Below the pieces are notes generated by a model that was not told where the DNA came from, did not search any database, and saw only the letters and a program-made list of their open reading frames with translations. From the NCBI GenBank assembly GCA_964350735.1, contig CAYGKO010000003.1, positions 52,452-116,451 of the forward strand: DNA of 64,000 nucleotides. The letters run 5' to 3'. Shown here piece by piece: positions 36,934 to 48,700 of the stretch. How positions within the stretch are numbered: the first letter of the stretch is position 1; every line of letters begins with the position of its first letter. The position numbers and the translations under genes are program-made. Source of the DNA: an uncultured Candidatus Saccharibacteria bacterium. GTDB taxonomy: Bacteria; Patescibacteriota; Minisyncoccia; Phycocordibacterales; UBA918.

Positions 36934-37691
36934 TGTGGCAGTGCCGTTAACGTCGCTGTAGCAGTGTACGTGCCTGGAACAGGGTTTGCGGTTGACCCAA
37001 CTCCAACCCGAAATTTAATTGTAGTAGTAGAACCTAAAGGATGATTAGGATCAGAACGATCAGCAATTACTCTACCGTCACTTTCATTATAGAAACCACT
37101 CCAACAGGCATCACTATCATCTAATGAACCAGTATTGCAAACCAAACCTGCACTATTCTTAAACGTATCAGCAATATCAATTCCTTCTGGTGAGTACCCA
37201 AAAAACGCTTGTCCGGAAGTGAAATCAAAATCATATGACGGTGTGGTACTAGTGGCATAGTCCGCGATAAAGTCACCTCCCGAAACCATAGCTGGTGAGG
37301 TGCTGGCTTTAATAAATAACTCATATCCAGCTGGATCATCGGTAACTACGGTTACTGTTGTAGACCCGTTAGAGACACCTCCAATCACACCGTCGATCAC
37401 CGTACTTAAAACTACATCAGGTGATGCCGAGAGAGAAATAAAAGAATTTTGCATTTGCTGATATCCGGCACGCAACTCATAGGAAGTACTGGTTCCGACT
37501 CCAGTTGCAATCTCTCCTGCCGTTGACTCTTGTCTGAAGTTAGTAGAACTAGAAAATCCGCCTCCAGTATTAATTGAATCGCTTTGAATTTGGTAGTTTG
37601 TACTTGATCGCACTTGTGCGTGCAGAAAAGGAGCTCCCAGCAGCAGTAGCGCACAGATTCCAAGTGTGATGTGTTTTTTAAAGAAGAGCAT
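36930..37691 (-). CDS. Secreted WxL-like small surface protein (253 aa) ending ...GTYTATATLTALPQ
   Basis: Signal peptide and a Ser/Thr/Gly-rich body. The C-terminal motif is shared with the paralog at 38769-39470 and resembles the terminal WxL motif, with W replaced by A. Confidence 0.55.
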   Translation of the reverse strand: MLFFKKHITLGICALLLLGAPFLHAQVRSSTNYQIQSDSINTGGGFSSSTNFRQESTAGEIATGVGTSTSYELRAGYQQMQNSFISLSASPDVVLSTVIDGVIGGVSNGSTTVTVVTDDPAGYELFIKASTSPAMVSGGDFIADYATSTTPSYDFDFTSGQAFFGYSPEGIDIADTFKNSAGLVCNTGSLDDSDACWSGFYNESDGRVIADRSDPNHPLGSTTTIKFRVGVGSTANPVPGTYTATATLTALPQ

Positions 37692-37705
37692 GTATTGAAT
37701 CAGTC

Positions 37706-38749
37706 TTATTTCCGCTTGAACTCAAACGTTCTGAAGAAGCCCCGAATCAAAAAATACAGCAGGAATATACTTAGCAAACCGCCAGCAACAAACGTCCAAG
37801 GGATAACCCAAAAACTCACTACAGCTGTGTCAATAATATTTTCATACCCTCGATTCAGTTGCACCTCTGCCTGGTACCGCCCGAACAACACCTCTCGATC
37901 CCAACTAATTTCACGAAGACGTACTGACCCTGGAAGTACAAACCAGGGCTGTAATTCAACAAAACCAACTTCTTCTCCTAGCAAATTAGTAATACGGATT
38001 TCACCATACGGGTTTAGGTGTACCGAACCTTGATTTTCGTACACTACATCAAAATTAACGGGACCTTGATTAAAAAATGTCTGTTTATTTCTAGTAGAAA
38101 AATCTTGCAATATACCACCCCGTTCGACTGCACCAGGAATTGACACAAAAAACAGAGATCCGATCCGACTCACAATTGCAGAGGACGGTAGTGTCCTCGG
38201 ATCAGAGCCATTATTAGCTTCTTTAGTAACCGTTTTAACCAACACACTTCCATACAACCCACCTGGCTCGGCATCAGGAGGCACGCTAATTGTGACAGGA
38301 ATGATAGCTCGCTTCGCGTGATCTAAGGGAAATTCTAGATCTGGGATTTTAATATAGTCTTTAATAGTGTACGGCCCAGTCTGACTACCAAGCAGCTCCA
38401 CCGATCGCTTTGGGTCATTTGAACTACGAATGTCTTCAATCTCAATGGAAAACGTTTGCTCTTTTCCAATTCTATTAGCTACACTGATCTCAACTGTTTT
38501 TGATTCACCTGGAGCGATTTCAAGCTCAACCTTACCTGGGCTCATTACGAAATCACCCACCACATCGTCGAACGGTAATGATTCGAGTCGATAGGCTGGC
38601 TGTTGCTCAGTTACTACTTCAGATTCAGGCGCTTCAATTGAACTACTTGCAGATGTAAAATCTTCTTGAGCCAGAGATGTCTCAGAGAAAATGAATAAAA
38701 TTACACTAACACTAAAAAATAGAGAACTGGGGTGGCGTATAACAGACAT
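37706..38749 (-). CDS. DUF916/DUF3324-like cell-surface protein with C-terminal TM anchor (347 aa)
   Basis: Signal peptide. PG(E/Q).K..V.V.N pattern typical of DUF916. Single C-terminal TM plus basic tail. Size and topology match CscA-type proteins. Confidence 0.5.
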   Translation of the reverse strand: MSVIRHPSSLFFSVSVILFIFSETSLAQEDFTSASSSIEAPESEVVTEQQPAYRLESLPFDDVVGDFVMSPGKVELEIAPGESKTVEISVANRIGKEQTFSIEIEDIRSSNDPKRSVELLGSQTGPYTIKDYIKIPDLEFPLDHAKRAIIPVTISVPPDAEPGGLYGSVLVKTVTKEANNGSDPRTLPSSAIVSRIGSLFFVSIPGAVERGGILQDFSTRNKQTFFNQGPVNFDVVYENQGSVHLNPYGEIRITNLLGEEVGFVELQPWFVLPGSVRLREISWDREVLFGRYQAEVQLNRGYENIIDTAVVSFWVIPWTFVAGGLLSIFLLYFLIRGFFRTFEFKRK

Positions 38750-38768
38750 ATTGTCTATTCAGTGTAGA

Positions 38769-39470
38769 TTAGTTATCTAATGCGGTCAACGTAGCTGTGG
38801 CGACATATGTTCCATTTGGTACGGCTGGATTTGGATTTGATGGAATTGTAATTCTAAACTGCACTGTAGAAGTTGATCCCGACCCAGGTGTTGGTGCTGA
38901 GGTATTAATTAGTTCAGTGACAGTAGTTGACGATGTGGTTGATGCCCCACGCCAGCAGTTGTTCACCGTGAATGAACCATTGTTTGAGGTCCCGCAGGCT
39001 GCACCTGTGTTAGTAAATACATCTGAAACATCCGCCGTAGCAGAAGCATTAACAGAGAAACCAAATTGTGCTCCGACTGATGAAGTATCGAACCCAGACG
39101 GATACGCGGCAGTACCAGTTGAATATACGTAGTTCGGAATAAGCCCTCCGCCACTATTTCGTCCCATCGCTGTAGTACTACTAAAATTAATCGTCATGTT
39201 GTAACCAGTAGCATTATTGGTTCGGACTCTTGTAGTAGTAGTACCGTACGAAGTGCCCCCAGTGAGACCGTCTAGAGTCCCAACCATGGCCACATCATTA
39301 GCGAGTGTTTGAAAAGAAATCGCTCCACTGATCACCTGAGTCACTGTGAAATCATCAGTGATAGCCCGACTAACCGTTGGTTCCAGCAACAGAAATGAGA
39401 ACGCAAGAAACAGACCAACGGCAAGCGTTTTGAAGGTTGCTTCTACAAAAGAGCGAGTTAGAGATTTCAT
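38769..39470 (-). CDS. Secreted WxL-like small surface protein (233 aa) ending ...GTYVATATLTALDN
   Basis: Paralog of 36930-37691, sharing the C-terminal P.P.GTY.ATATLTAL motif. Confidence 0.55.
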   Translation of the reverse strand: MKSLTRSFVEATFKTLAVGLFLAFSFLLLEPTVSRAITDDFTVTQVISGAISFQTLANDVAMVGTLDGLTGGTSYGTTTTRVRTNNATGYNMTINFSSTTAMGRNSGGGLIPNYVYSTGTAAYPSGFDTSSVGAQFGFSVNASATADVSDVFTNTGAACGTSNNGSFTVNNCWRGASTTSSTTVTELINTSAPTPGSGSTSTVQFRITIPSNPNPAVPNGTYVATATLTALDN

Positions 39471-39710
39471 ATAAAGAAAATTATTTTAATGTATTTTAAG
39501 TATAAGTCTTTACCCTCAAATACCAAGAGGCTTTATACACAGCAAGAAAAATTGCGTTTACCTTCATAACAAGAAAACTAATTAAATATTGTTCCGACCG
39601 CTTCGAATTCCAATTTATGATCATGTAGAGTTTCCGACTCGTTATAAATATTACATTGTTTTAATAAGCTATGTAATCCGACATAGCTATATTTTACTTA
39701 GTTTCACCGA

Positions 39711-42700
39711 CTAAATTGAACCTCCTCCTCCGCCCCCACCGCCAGTCGCTTGGTGATACACCCGTACCTGAATCTCATCGATCCGGATTTCGTTGCTTGA
39801 TGGTGCACCAGTAACCCGGATAGCAAAGTTGGTGTTGTTAAGCTCAGTCGGTGTCCAGGCGCGACCCCAGAGATCAGCCGGTGCACCGAGCGTAACCACC
39901 GTATCGCTCGTAGTGAGAGTCGGACTAGTCTTAGCAGCAGTCCAGCTGGTACCGCCATCGTACGAGAGTTCCACATCGATCGTCCCGGCGTCCGTAGTAC
40001 CAGACACCTCGAGCTTCACCGCAATTCCCACAATCTCATTACTGCCCGGGATACTGTGGCTGTAGTTGGTGTAGTTGTGAGTGTCGGCGGCACTGGTGGT
40101 GGCGTAGGTGCCGTCAGTCTGATCGTAGGCATTAGCAGCGCTGTTCCAGCTGCCACTATTGGCACTTGGGCGGTTGAAGCCAACTTCTGCACCAATGGTA
40201 CTACCACCAGTATTGGTATCAACTGCACTCCCACCTCCACTACCCCCTCCAACTTCTTCACTCCGACCGGCTGGAGCGTCGCCGCCAATCGATCCTTGAG
40301 AACTACCACCTCCACCACCACTCCCCTGATTACCTCTAATATGTTGCACTGAATTTACTGAACCATTTACATTGATTACTTCTTCAAATACTACCCCAAT
40401 ACCTTGCACACCACTCGTGGCTAGACTCAACACTAGCATTTCAGATCGTGAGACTGCATTAATATCAAACGTCACTAAATAATTTTGGTTTGTAGTGACT
40501 AGGAAATCATCGGCAAACACAATTGTACCCGACTCGCCACTGAAGGTGAACTCACCACTAGCATCGAGTACCTGGTCGGTTACATCATACTCAGCATCAT
40601 TATCTGTATCCTGGTACAAAACAATATTTGGGATACTGCTGGTTGAGACACTATTGCTGATACCTGACACATTGAGCGTTAGCGCTGTAACGGTTGCGCT
40701 CTCACCAGTTGGAGTAAGCTGAAATGCAAAGGCTGGTTGACTCGTTGCATTCTTAAAACTAAACGCACTACTTACCTGACCTACAGAATGATTAGCAATT
40801 GTAATCACACCTGGCTCTGCCAGCGCATAGAAGTCAGTAGTGGTTGATTGGTTGAGATATTCAGCGGCGATCCAGGCTGGAGCGCGTATAGAATTAGAAA
40901 TTCGTACCTCATCTAATGAGCCGTCTAGATTTCCACCCGCGCTGCGTTCTGCCCCCAATCGTACTGGTCGATCAGTCTCGAAATCTGGTTTTGAATTGAC
41001 AGCATCATTAGAATCAAATAAAGACCCATCAATATACTCATCAACATCATTGGCGCTTGTATCAAATTGCAATGTTACGTGCTTCCAGCCTGCGCCAGCA
41101 ATAGTAGACCAGCCGTTAGTAATAAAATTACCAGTTCCAGAAGTGTGAAAAATGGCCGTGTTATTTGTGGTGCCTCGACGTTGAAACGACCAGTCATTCC
41201 CAGCTCCATTTCCCTTGGAATAAAGCGCAGCAAAACTATTTTGTGAAGCATCCATATCAACCCACAGACTAACTGCGTAATCAGAAGCAGAGAAATCAAA
41301 TTCGCTAGTGCTCGGTATTTCAATGTAATCAGAAGCACCATCGAGATCTTGGGCCAAGCCGAGTCGTCCAGCTACATCACTCCCACTCGTCATCGATGTA
41401 CCAGTTCCGTGGTTTCCAAAACTTGTAGAATCTCTGTATCCACCGGCATCTGTATTTCCATCTTCGCCTAAGTGATACACCGCTACATACCCGTTACTCC
41501 ACACATTCTCCGCTCCATACGTAGCACTCGTAATGTAATCAATCGAACTAGAGCCGTTGTAGTAAATCCTAAAATGAGTATCCATAGTAGAAGAAATAAG
41601 ATTGGCCTTGAAGTGCAGCTCGCCTGTCTGAAGGGTCGTCGAGGCCGATACTAATTCGCGCGGTAACTCAACTGGTGAGCCGCTATTTGTGGTCACCCGA
41701 ATGTCACCAGCGTCACTCGATACTCCAGCCCAGAAATCTGCACTCAAGTCTGACAGATCAATATATACCGGGAAATCAGCTAGATCTTCATCAATATTGG
41801 TGTAGTCGATGGTGACAACATCGTATTCAGTCCAGTCAGTATCATTCCAAGGAACCGGCGCTGCTCCCGCCTCAAGGGTCCAGTTAGTGTTGTTTCCTGA
41901 GTCAACTGACTGATAGGCAGTGACCCCTCCGGCAGTGATTGTTGCGTCACTATCTCGCACATCAACAAATGACACCGATACTTGTATACCCGTATCAAGA
42001 TCCCAAGCAGTGCCTGGATCTGAAGAGCGGAGATACACTGGGCGACCATCTTCACCGGTCCAGTCCACACTATCAAAGCTATAAGTTTCTCCAGCTAGAA
42101 ACTGCACCGATGAGGAGGCCTCAATCGTAAAGAGGCCATCAGTTTCAGCTGGTGCCCCGAAAATGAATGATTGGGTTGTGCTACCTGAGGCTGAGTCATT
42201 ACGTACCGTCAGTGCATTAAAGGCATCGGTACCTGACAGCGAACCAGTAGCTGTCTGCGTACCAGATCCAGCGAAGATTACTTCTCCACCACTCCCATAT
42301 ACGCCATTATTCGTGTAATCACCGAGCACAGTCAGTTCGCCTGTCCCACTGAGTGAGCCAGTTGCATCAATCACCATGTCAGCAGTGGTAGCATTGGTAA
42401 AGGTGTAACTACCGGCAATCACCACTGTATTACCCGCAATAGCATCTGTCAGAGCGCCGGTAATTTGCTCTCCTGAGCCAGTGAGCGTGGTTGTACCACT
42501 CCCGGCAATCACTGCCCCACTGCTATCAAACGATCCAGCGATTGAAAGCTCATTTGGAAGAGCTGCTGTCCCTCTAGATTCGATGACAAAGTTGGTTGTA
42601 CTAGCGTTATCAGCAAACAATATTGTACCGACCGCCGAGATGTCATTGAATGCTGAAGATCCTGTAAGAACTCCTGAGGCAGACAGATCGTCTAAATCAT

Positions 42701-45700
42701 ATTCATTAACATCATCTCCGCTGAATCCAACAACAAACAACTTTGTACCGTTAGCATTAAATGCCATACCCGTCGGAGATGTCTCTTCTGCAGCAATACT
42801 GTAACTAGTAACGAAACTAGCGGTTGAGATTGAGAACGCCGTACTCAGGACATACTCATTGATATCATTACCAATATTCCCTAATACAAACATCTTCTCT
42901 CCTGTCTTATTAAAGAGTAGCGCTAAAGGGGTTGTATCTTGAGAAGAAACACTGAACTCAGCCACGTGACTGGCTGTAGACACATCAAATACAGTACTAA
43001 GAGAATACTCATTCACCTCATCGGGCGTTGATCCGAGAACATACATCTTTGTACCGTCAGTGTTAAACGTTACATCAGTCGGAGTGGAGTTATCTGCCAC
43101 CACACTAGTAGCATGAGAGAATGAGGCTGATGAAATATCAAAAGCGGTACCTAGTGCATACTCGTTAATATCATTACCTGCGTCGCCAGGAACATACATC
43201 TTTGTACCGTCAGTGTTAAATGCTACATTGAGTGGACTCGTGTCTTGGAGCGCCACACTCGTCGCATGAGTGAACACTGCAGTAGAAACATCGAAGCCAC
43301 TACTAAGCGCATACTCGTTAATATCATTACCACTGTCTCCAGCTACAAACATCTTGGTACCGTCGGTGTTGAATTCAACTCCTCTCGGCGTGAGGTCTTC
43401 AGTAGCAACCCTAAACGACCCGTCAAAATAAGCAGTAGAGATATCAAAAGCACTATCAAGGAAATAGCGATAGACATTGTCGCCAGTCGAACCAATGACG
43501 AACATTTGTGTGCCGTCATTGTTAAACCGCATATCGTTTGGAGTTGCCTCTTCAAGTGCGACACTAAAGCCATCTACAAACGTACGAGTTGATGCATCAA
43601 ACGCTCCACTGAGCGTATACTCACTAATATCATTACCGGTATCACCTACAATAAACATCTTGCTGCCGTCGGTATTAAACTCAATTCCAGTTGGAGTAAA
43701 ATCTTGCGCATTCACAAGCGTCGCATCAACAAACGCCGCTGAAGACACGTCCCACGGTGAACCCAAGGTATATTCGTTCACGTCATCACCACTACTCCCG
43801 ACTACAAACATCTTGGTGCCGTCAGTATTAAAACTCAAACCTTCCGGTGTAAGCTCTTGAAGTGACACACTCGTAGCGTGAGTATAGGCAGCGCTCGACA
43901 CATCAAATGCCGACGTCAGTTCATACTGAAACACCGAATCATTGGTGGTTCCTAGAACAAACATCCTCGTACCCGTTGCGCTGAACGTTACTGCCGTTGG
44001 AGAAGTCTCTTGAGACGCAATCCTAAAGCTATCAACAAAACGGGCGGTCGAAAGGTCGTATGGCTCTATTAATGCATACTCATTAACATCATCTCCAGAA
44101 GACCCAATCACAAATAATTTTGTACCGTCAGTATTGAAAGCCAACCCTTCTGGGCTTGCTTCTTCGGAACTAACAGAAAACACATCATTATAACTGAGAG
44201 TGGATACTTCATAGGCCTCACCGGCAAAATACACCGTTCCAGAATTGTTTTCGAATACCCCGTTATTGGTGAGCGACCCGGCAATTGTTAGGCTAGTAGC
44301 TGGAGCAGTGGTCGTAGCCCCAGCTTCAATTGTAATATTCGTAGTTGACGCTGCTTGTCCAAAGGAGACTGAACTACTAGCAATTATGCGCACATCTGCC
44401 AGACTGGACGCTCCCGTAAAATCCCCAGAGATACTCGCTGGAGTCGTGCTACTAAAACGCACCAATCCTTCATTGGCATTAAAGGAACCGTTGTTTGTTA
44501 GATCGCCAGTGACCGTTAACACAACCGGTGCCGTCGTACTCCCAGCGGCTGCAATGGTTATATTTTCTACTTCTGCTTCACTACTGAAAGTATAGGCCCC
44601 AACAACAAAGGTATTACCCAGTTGGTTATCTCCAGTCAAACTGCCAGAAACCGTCTTATCTGTCCCCGTCAAGTACAAACTCTGTCCAGCGGTAAAAGAT
44701 CCATTATTGGTAAAACCTCCACTCGTTTCAAAGTTGCTGGTAGATGCAATTGAGACCGACACTCCAGCGTCGATTGTAAAGTCGGTCGTTGACGCATTAT
44801 CAGCAAATAGCACATTTCCAAATGACGCCGTTGTTGTGGCTAAAGCTGAAGTGCCAGACAAGGTACCACTAAGCGTACTGGTCGAAATAACGGCCTCAAA
44901 CGTGAACGAAGACGCTAGATCAAAGCCACTGAAGGTATCGCTAAAACTACCGCTCACAAACATAGAGAAGCCGTCCGGACTCATGTCTATTCCTGATGGC
45001 AAGGTTTCAATATCAGACAAATCATATTGGCGACCATCGTATGATGCGGTTGATACATCAAACCCCGCCGACAGTGTGTATTCAAATACTGAATCAGTTT
45101 GGTCACCTAAAATAAACATCTTGGTTCCGGCGGTGTTAAAAACAATTCCCGACGGTTGCGTGTCTTCACTCGATACATCAAAACTATCTACAAACGAGGC
45201 GGTCGACACATCCCATGCCGGACTGAGTGTGTATTCATTTACATCCATTCCAGCCGTCCCGACTACAAACATTTTGTCGCCTGTAGCGCTAAGTGCCATA
45301 GCTGCCGGTGACGTCTCTTGTGAACCAATCGGCTCAGTATCTACCTGAGTAGCGCTCGAAATATCCCACGGGATACTAAGTGAAAATTCATTAATGTCAT
45401 TCCCTGTATCTCCCAGTATGTACATTCGACTACCGGTAGCATTGAACTGCACATCTTTCGGCGCAGTATCGAAGCTTTTAATAGAAAACCCTTTCTCATA
45501 CTCAGCAGTTGTAAGATCGTACGGTGTACTGACATCAAATTGCCCCACCATGCCAGAAAGTCGATACACACTGTACAATTTTGTTCCATCGTCATTAAAG
45601 GTGACCGCCTCCGGTACTGAATCAGTTTTTACCAACGAGTCTGTCGACACATTAGCAGCTCCCCCAAAAGAGAAAACTGGATCAAGTGCATATTCATAAA

Positions 45701-48700
45701 TTCCCCCCGTGGAAGGATCGGTCACATATGCCTTACTGCCACTGGCATTAAAGGTAATGTCGTAGAGATCTGTCACTTCAGTAAATGAGAGCGTGATGCT
45801 TGTGCCAATTGAACCAGGATCATAGGCTGAGCTGAGATCGTACACTGTAAGCGTGTTGCCGGTGTAATCACCGACAAACATTTTAGTACCATCGTCGTTA
45901 AATTTAATAGTTAACGTGTCTACAAAGATTGAGTGCGAAGCGTCAAAAGAGGCCCCTGATAGAGCGTACTTTGGGGAGAGGCCATATTCATAGATAGCAC
46001 CAGATCCGTTTGCTTGGTACAGTATCGATCCATCATCATTGAATTCAAGTCCAAATCCGCCGCCTGCAAAAGAGTCGGTAGCACTAGCGGTCGATACATC
46101 CCAGTCCGTACTGAGCTCGTACTCATATACATCCCCAGTTCCAGAGTCACTGATAAACATTTTGCTTCCAGTCGCATTAAATACGATAGCAACTGGTGAT
46201 ATTCCCTCAGTACTTACATCGAAACTGTCGGTGTAGCTTAAAGTGGAGAGGTCATAGTCAACACTAAGCGCATATTCATCTACATCATCCTCATTATCAT
46301 CAACTACATACGCCTTACTTCCATCATTATTGAAGCGAATCGCAAATGGCGTCGCACTATCACTTGGATAGGTGGTATCCTGAAATAATACTCCCCCAAA
46401 ACTATACGGCGCATCAAGAGAATACTCAAAATATCCTGCGAAAGCAGCGGTTAGGAACAACCGATCTCCATCACCATCAAAATCCACTCCTGTAATCGTA
46501 TTAGCACCCAAATCTCCTGAGGTATTGAGTGTACCTCCAAATACTGCCGTGGAAACATCAAAGGCAGTGCCCAGATCATACTGATAGACTTCCCCATTTG
46601 AATCCCCGCCGTCAGTAACAAACATCTCATCACCGGTCGGACTGAATGTTAGTGCATACGGACTGTCGGTTTCAGTACTCACACTGAACGCATCAACATA
46701 ACTGAGGGAGGTAATGTCCCACGCTGATAACGTAAATTCACTGACATCATCGGCGCTTTCGTCACCAACAAACAACTTAGTGCCCGCACTATTAAATGAG
46801 AAACTAATCGCGGTAGTTACTTGTGAGAAAATATGAGTATCAGTGGCACTCGCCGTTGAAACATCAAAGGCCGTACTGAGATCATAGGCATAGAGCGTAT
46901 TATTTCCACCGCCCAAAACAAACATCTGGGTACCTGAAGTATTAAACTTCACTCCAAAGGCAAAGCCGTCTTCTCCGCTCACATCATACCGGGAAGCCAG
47001 ACCAGCGGTGGACAAATCGTACGCAGTAGACAAATTATACATTTCGATCACATCATTAGTGACGTCAGTGAATGCTACCTTGGTCCCTGAGTCCACAATG
47101 GACATTCCCCAGAAGCTAGAGTTAGCCGCTGAAGTAGTCACTGCATTTTTGAAAGACACCGACTGTCCAGACTGAATGTCCAGCGTCGACTCTGTACTGT
47201 CATAGGTCCCGTCGTTTGTCAGACTCCCCGCCAATGTAAGCGTAGCTGGAGCTTCAAAGGTTGCTCCGCTTGGAATTGTAATTGACCCCGGCAGTGTTGC
47301 ACCAGAAATTGTAGTAATCGCAGTACCTCCATTAAGGGTACTACCTGGCCACACGTACAGCTCTTTTCCACCCTGAACCGTAAGTGTCTCAGCTGCCGCT
47401 GACGCTAGATACATGATGTCGCCATCATCTGATGCATCGTATACGGCGAAGTCTGCAATAGTAGTCGAAGAAATACCGGCTTCATGACGCGAAATAACGT
47501 GATCTTGATATAGATCAAGCGTTGTGATATCGGTCGAAGAAGAATTAGCAACAGTTACCAGCGATCCTTGAATACTACTATCACCATCCACCCAAACCAC
47601 CACGCCTGATCCGTCATCTATGGTATGACCTTGCGTAATCGCCACCTCCCACAGACCGGTAGTCTGAGCTGATGAACCGGTATAGACCTGGACTGGATTA
47701 CCAGCCGCTACTTTAATTACCGAACTAGTTGCAACAACCGTACTTCTATCAGCTTGGTACAGCGTACCTGAAAAAGTAATCGGAGCAGCTTGTGCAGTGT
47801 TGTAGAAGTCGGTGGTAGTAGCTTGATTGAGATGTTCAGCTGAAATCCAAGCAGCTGAACGTTCAACGGTACTAACCCGAAATTCGTCTATTGAACCTTC
47901 GTGATAGTTAGCACCCGCGTCTCCTCCTAAATAAAAACCAGTCAGGTCAACATTAGGATTGTCAGTCGAGATACTACTTGTTGCACTCACACCATCAAGA
48001 TAAATGCCTTTGCCTGTCCCTGAGGTCACGTGCACCATTGTCCATTTATCATCATAGGCTGTGTAACTAGTAGATATACGACCTGGTGTAGTACAGCAGG
48101 TACCAAAATCCCAATAAACAATATCCGCCCAGGGCGCTGATATCACAAGACGTTCATTCCCACCACCAACTGCCCAACCTGCCGCAATGTGAAAAGTCTC
48201 AGCCGCAGCTGCAGCTGCAACGTTATTCCAAAATTGTACAGTGACAGTATTATTGCTGTTGCTCCAGACATTATCTGTATCGGTTAATAGCTCATCATTA
48301 CCGTCGAACTGAATCGCCTGACCGCCTGCTAGGCGTCCAGTGACTGAGTCCCCTGACACAAACGATCCAATAGTAGCTAGGTCGTAATCATTACTCGTTG
48401 AGTCATACACCGTGGCTCCAGAAGGATCTTCTTGCAAATGGTAGACACTATAGTAGCTGTTCGTCCAGACATTCTCCGCTCCGTAGGTATCGTCGGTTGC
48501 GTACGCTGCCGTAGTTGAGCTGTTGTAGTAGATTCGAAACACCGTATCAGTCGTCGAAGAAATACTATTTGCCTTGAAGTGCAACTCTCCAGTTTCTAAG
48601 GTGGTAGAAGCAGACACCACTTCACGCGCCAACTCGACTGGTGAACCATCGTTCGTAGTCACGCGAATATCTCCCCCTCCATCACTGACCGTACTCCAGA

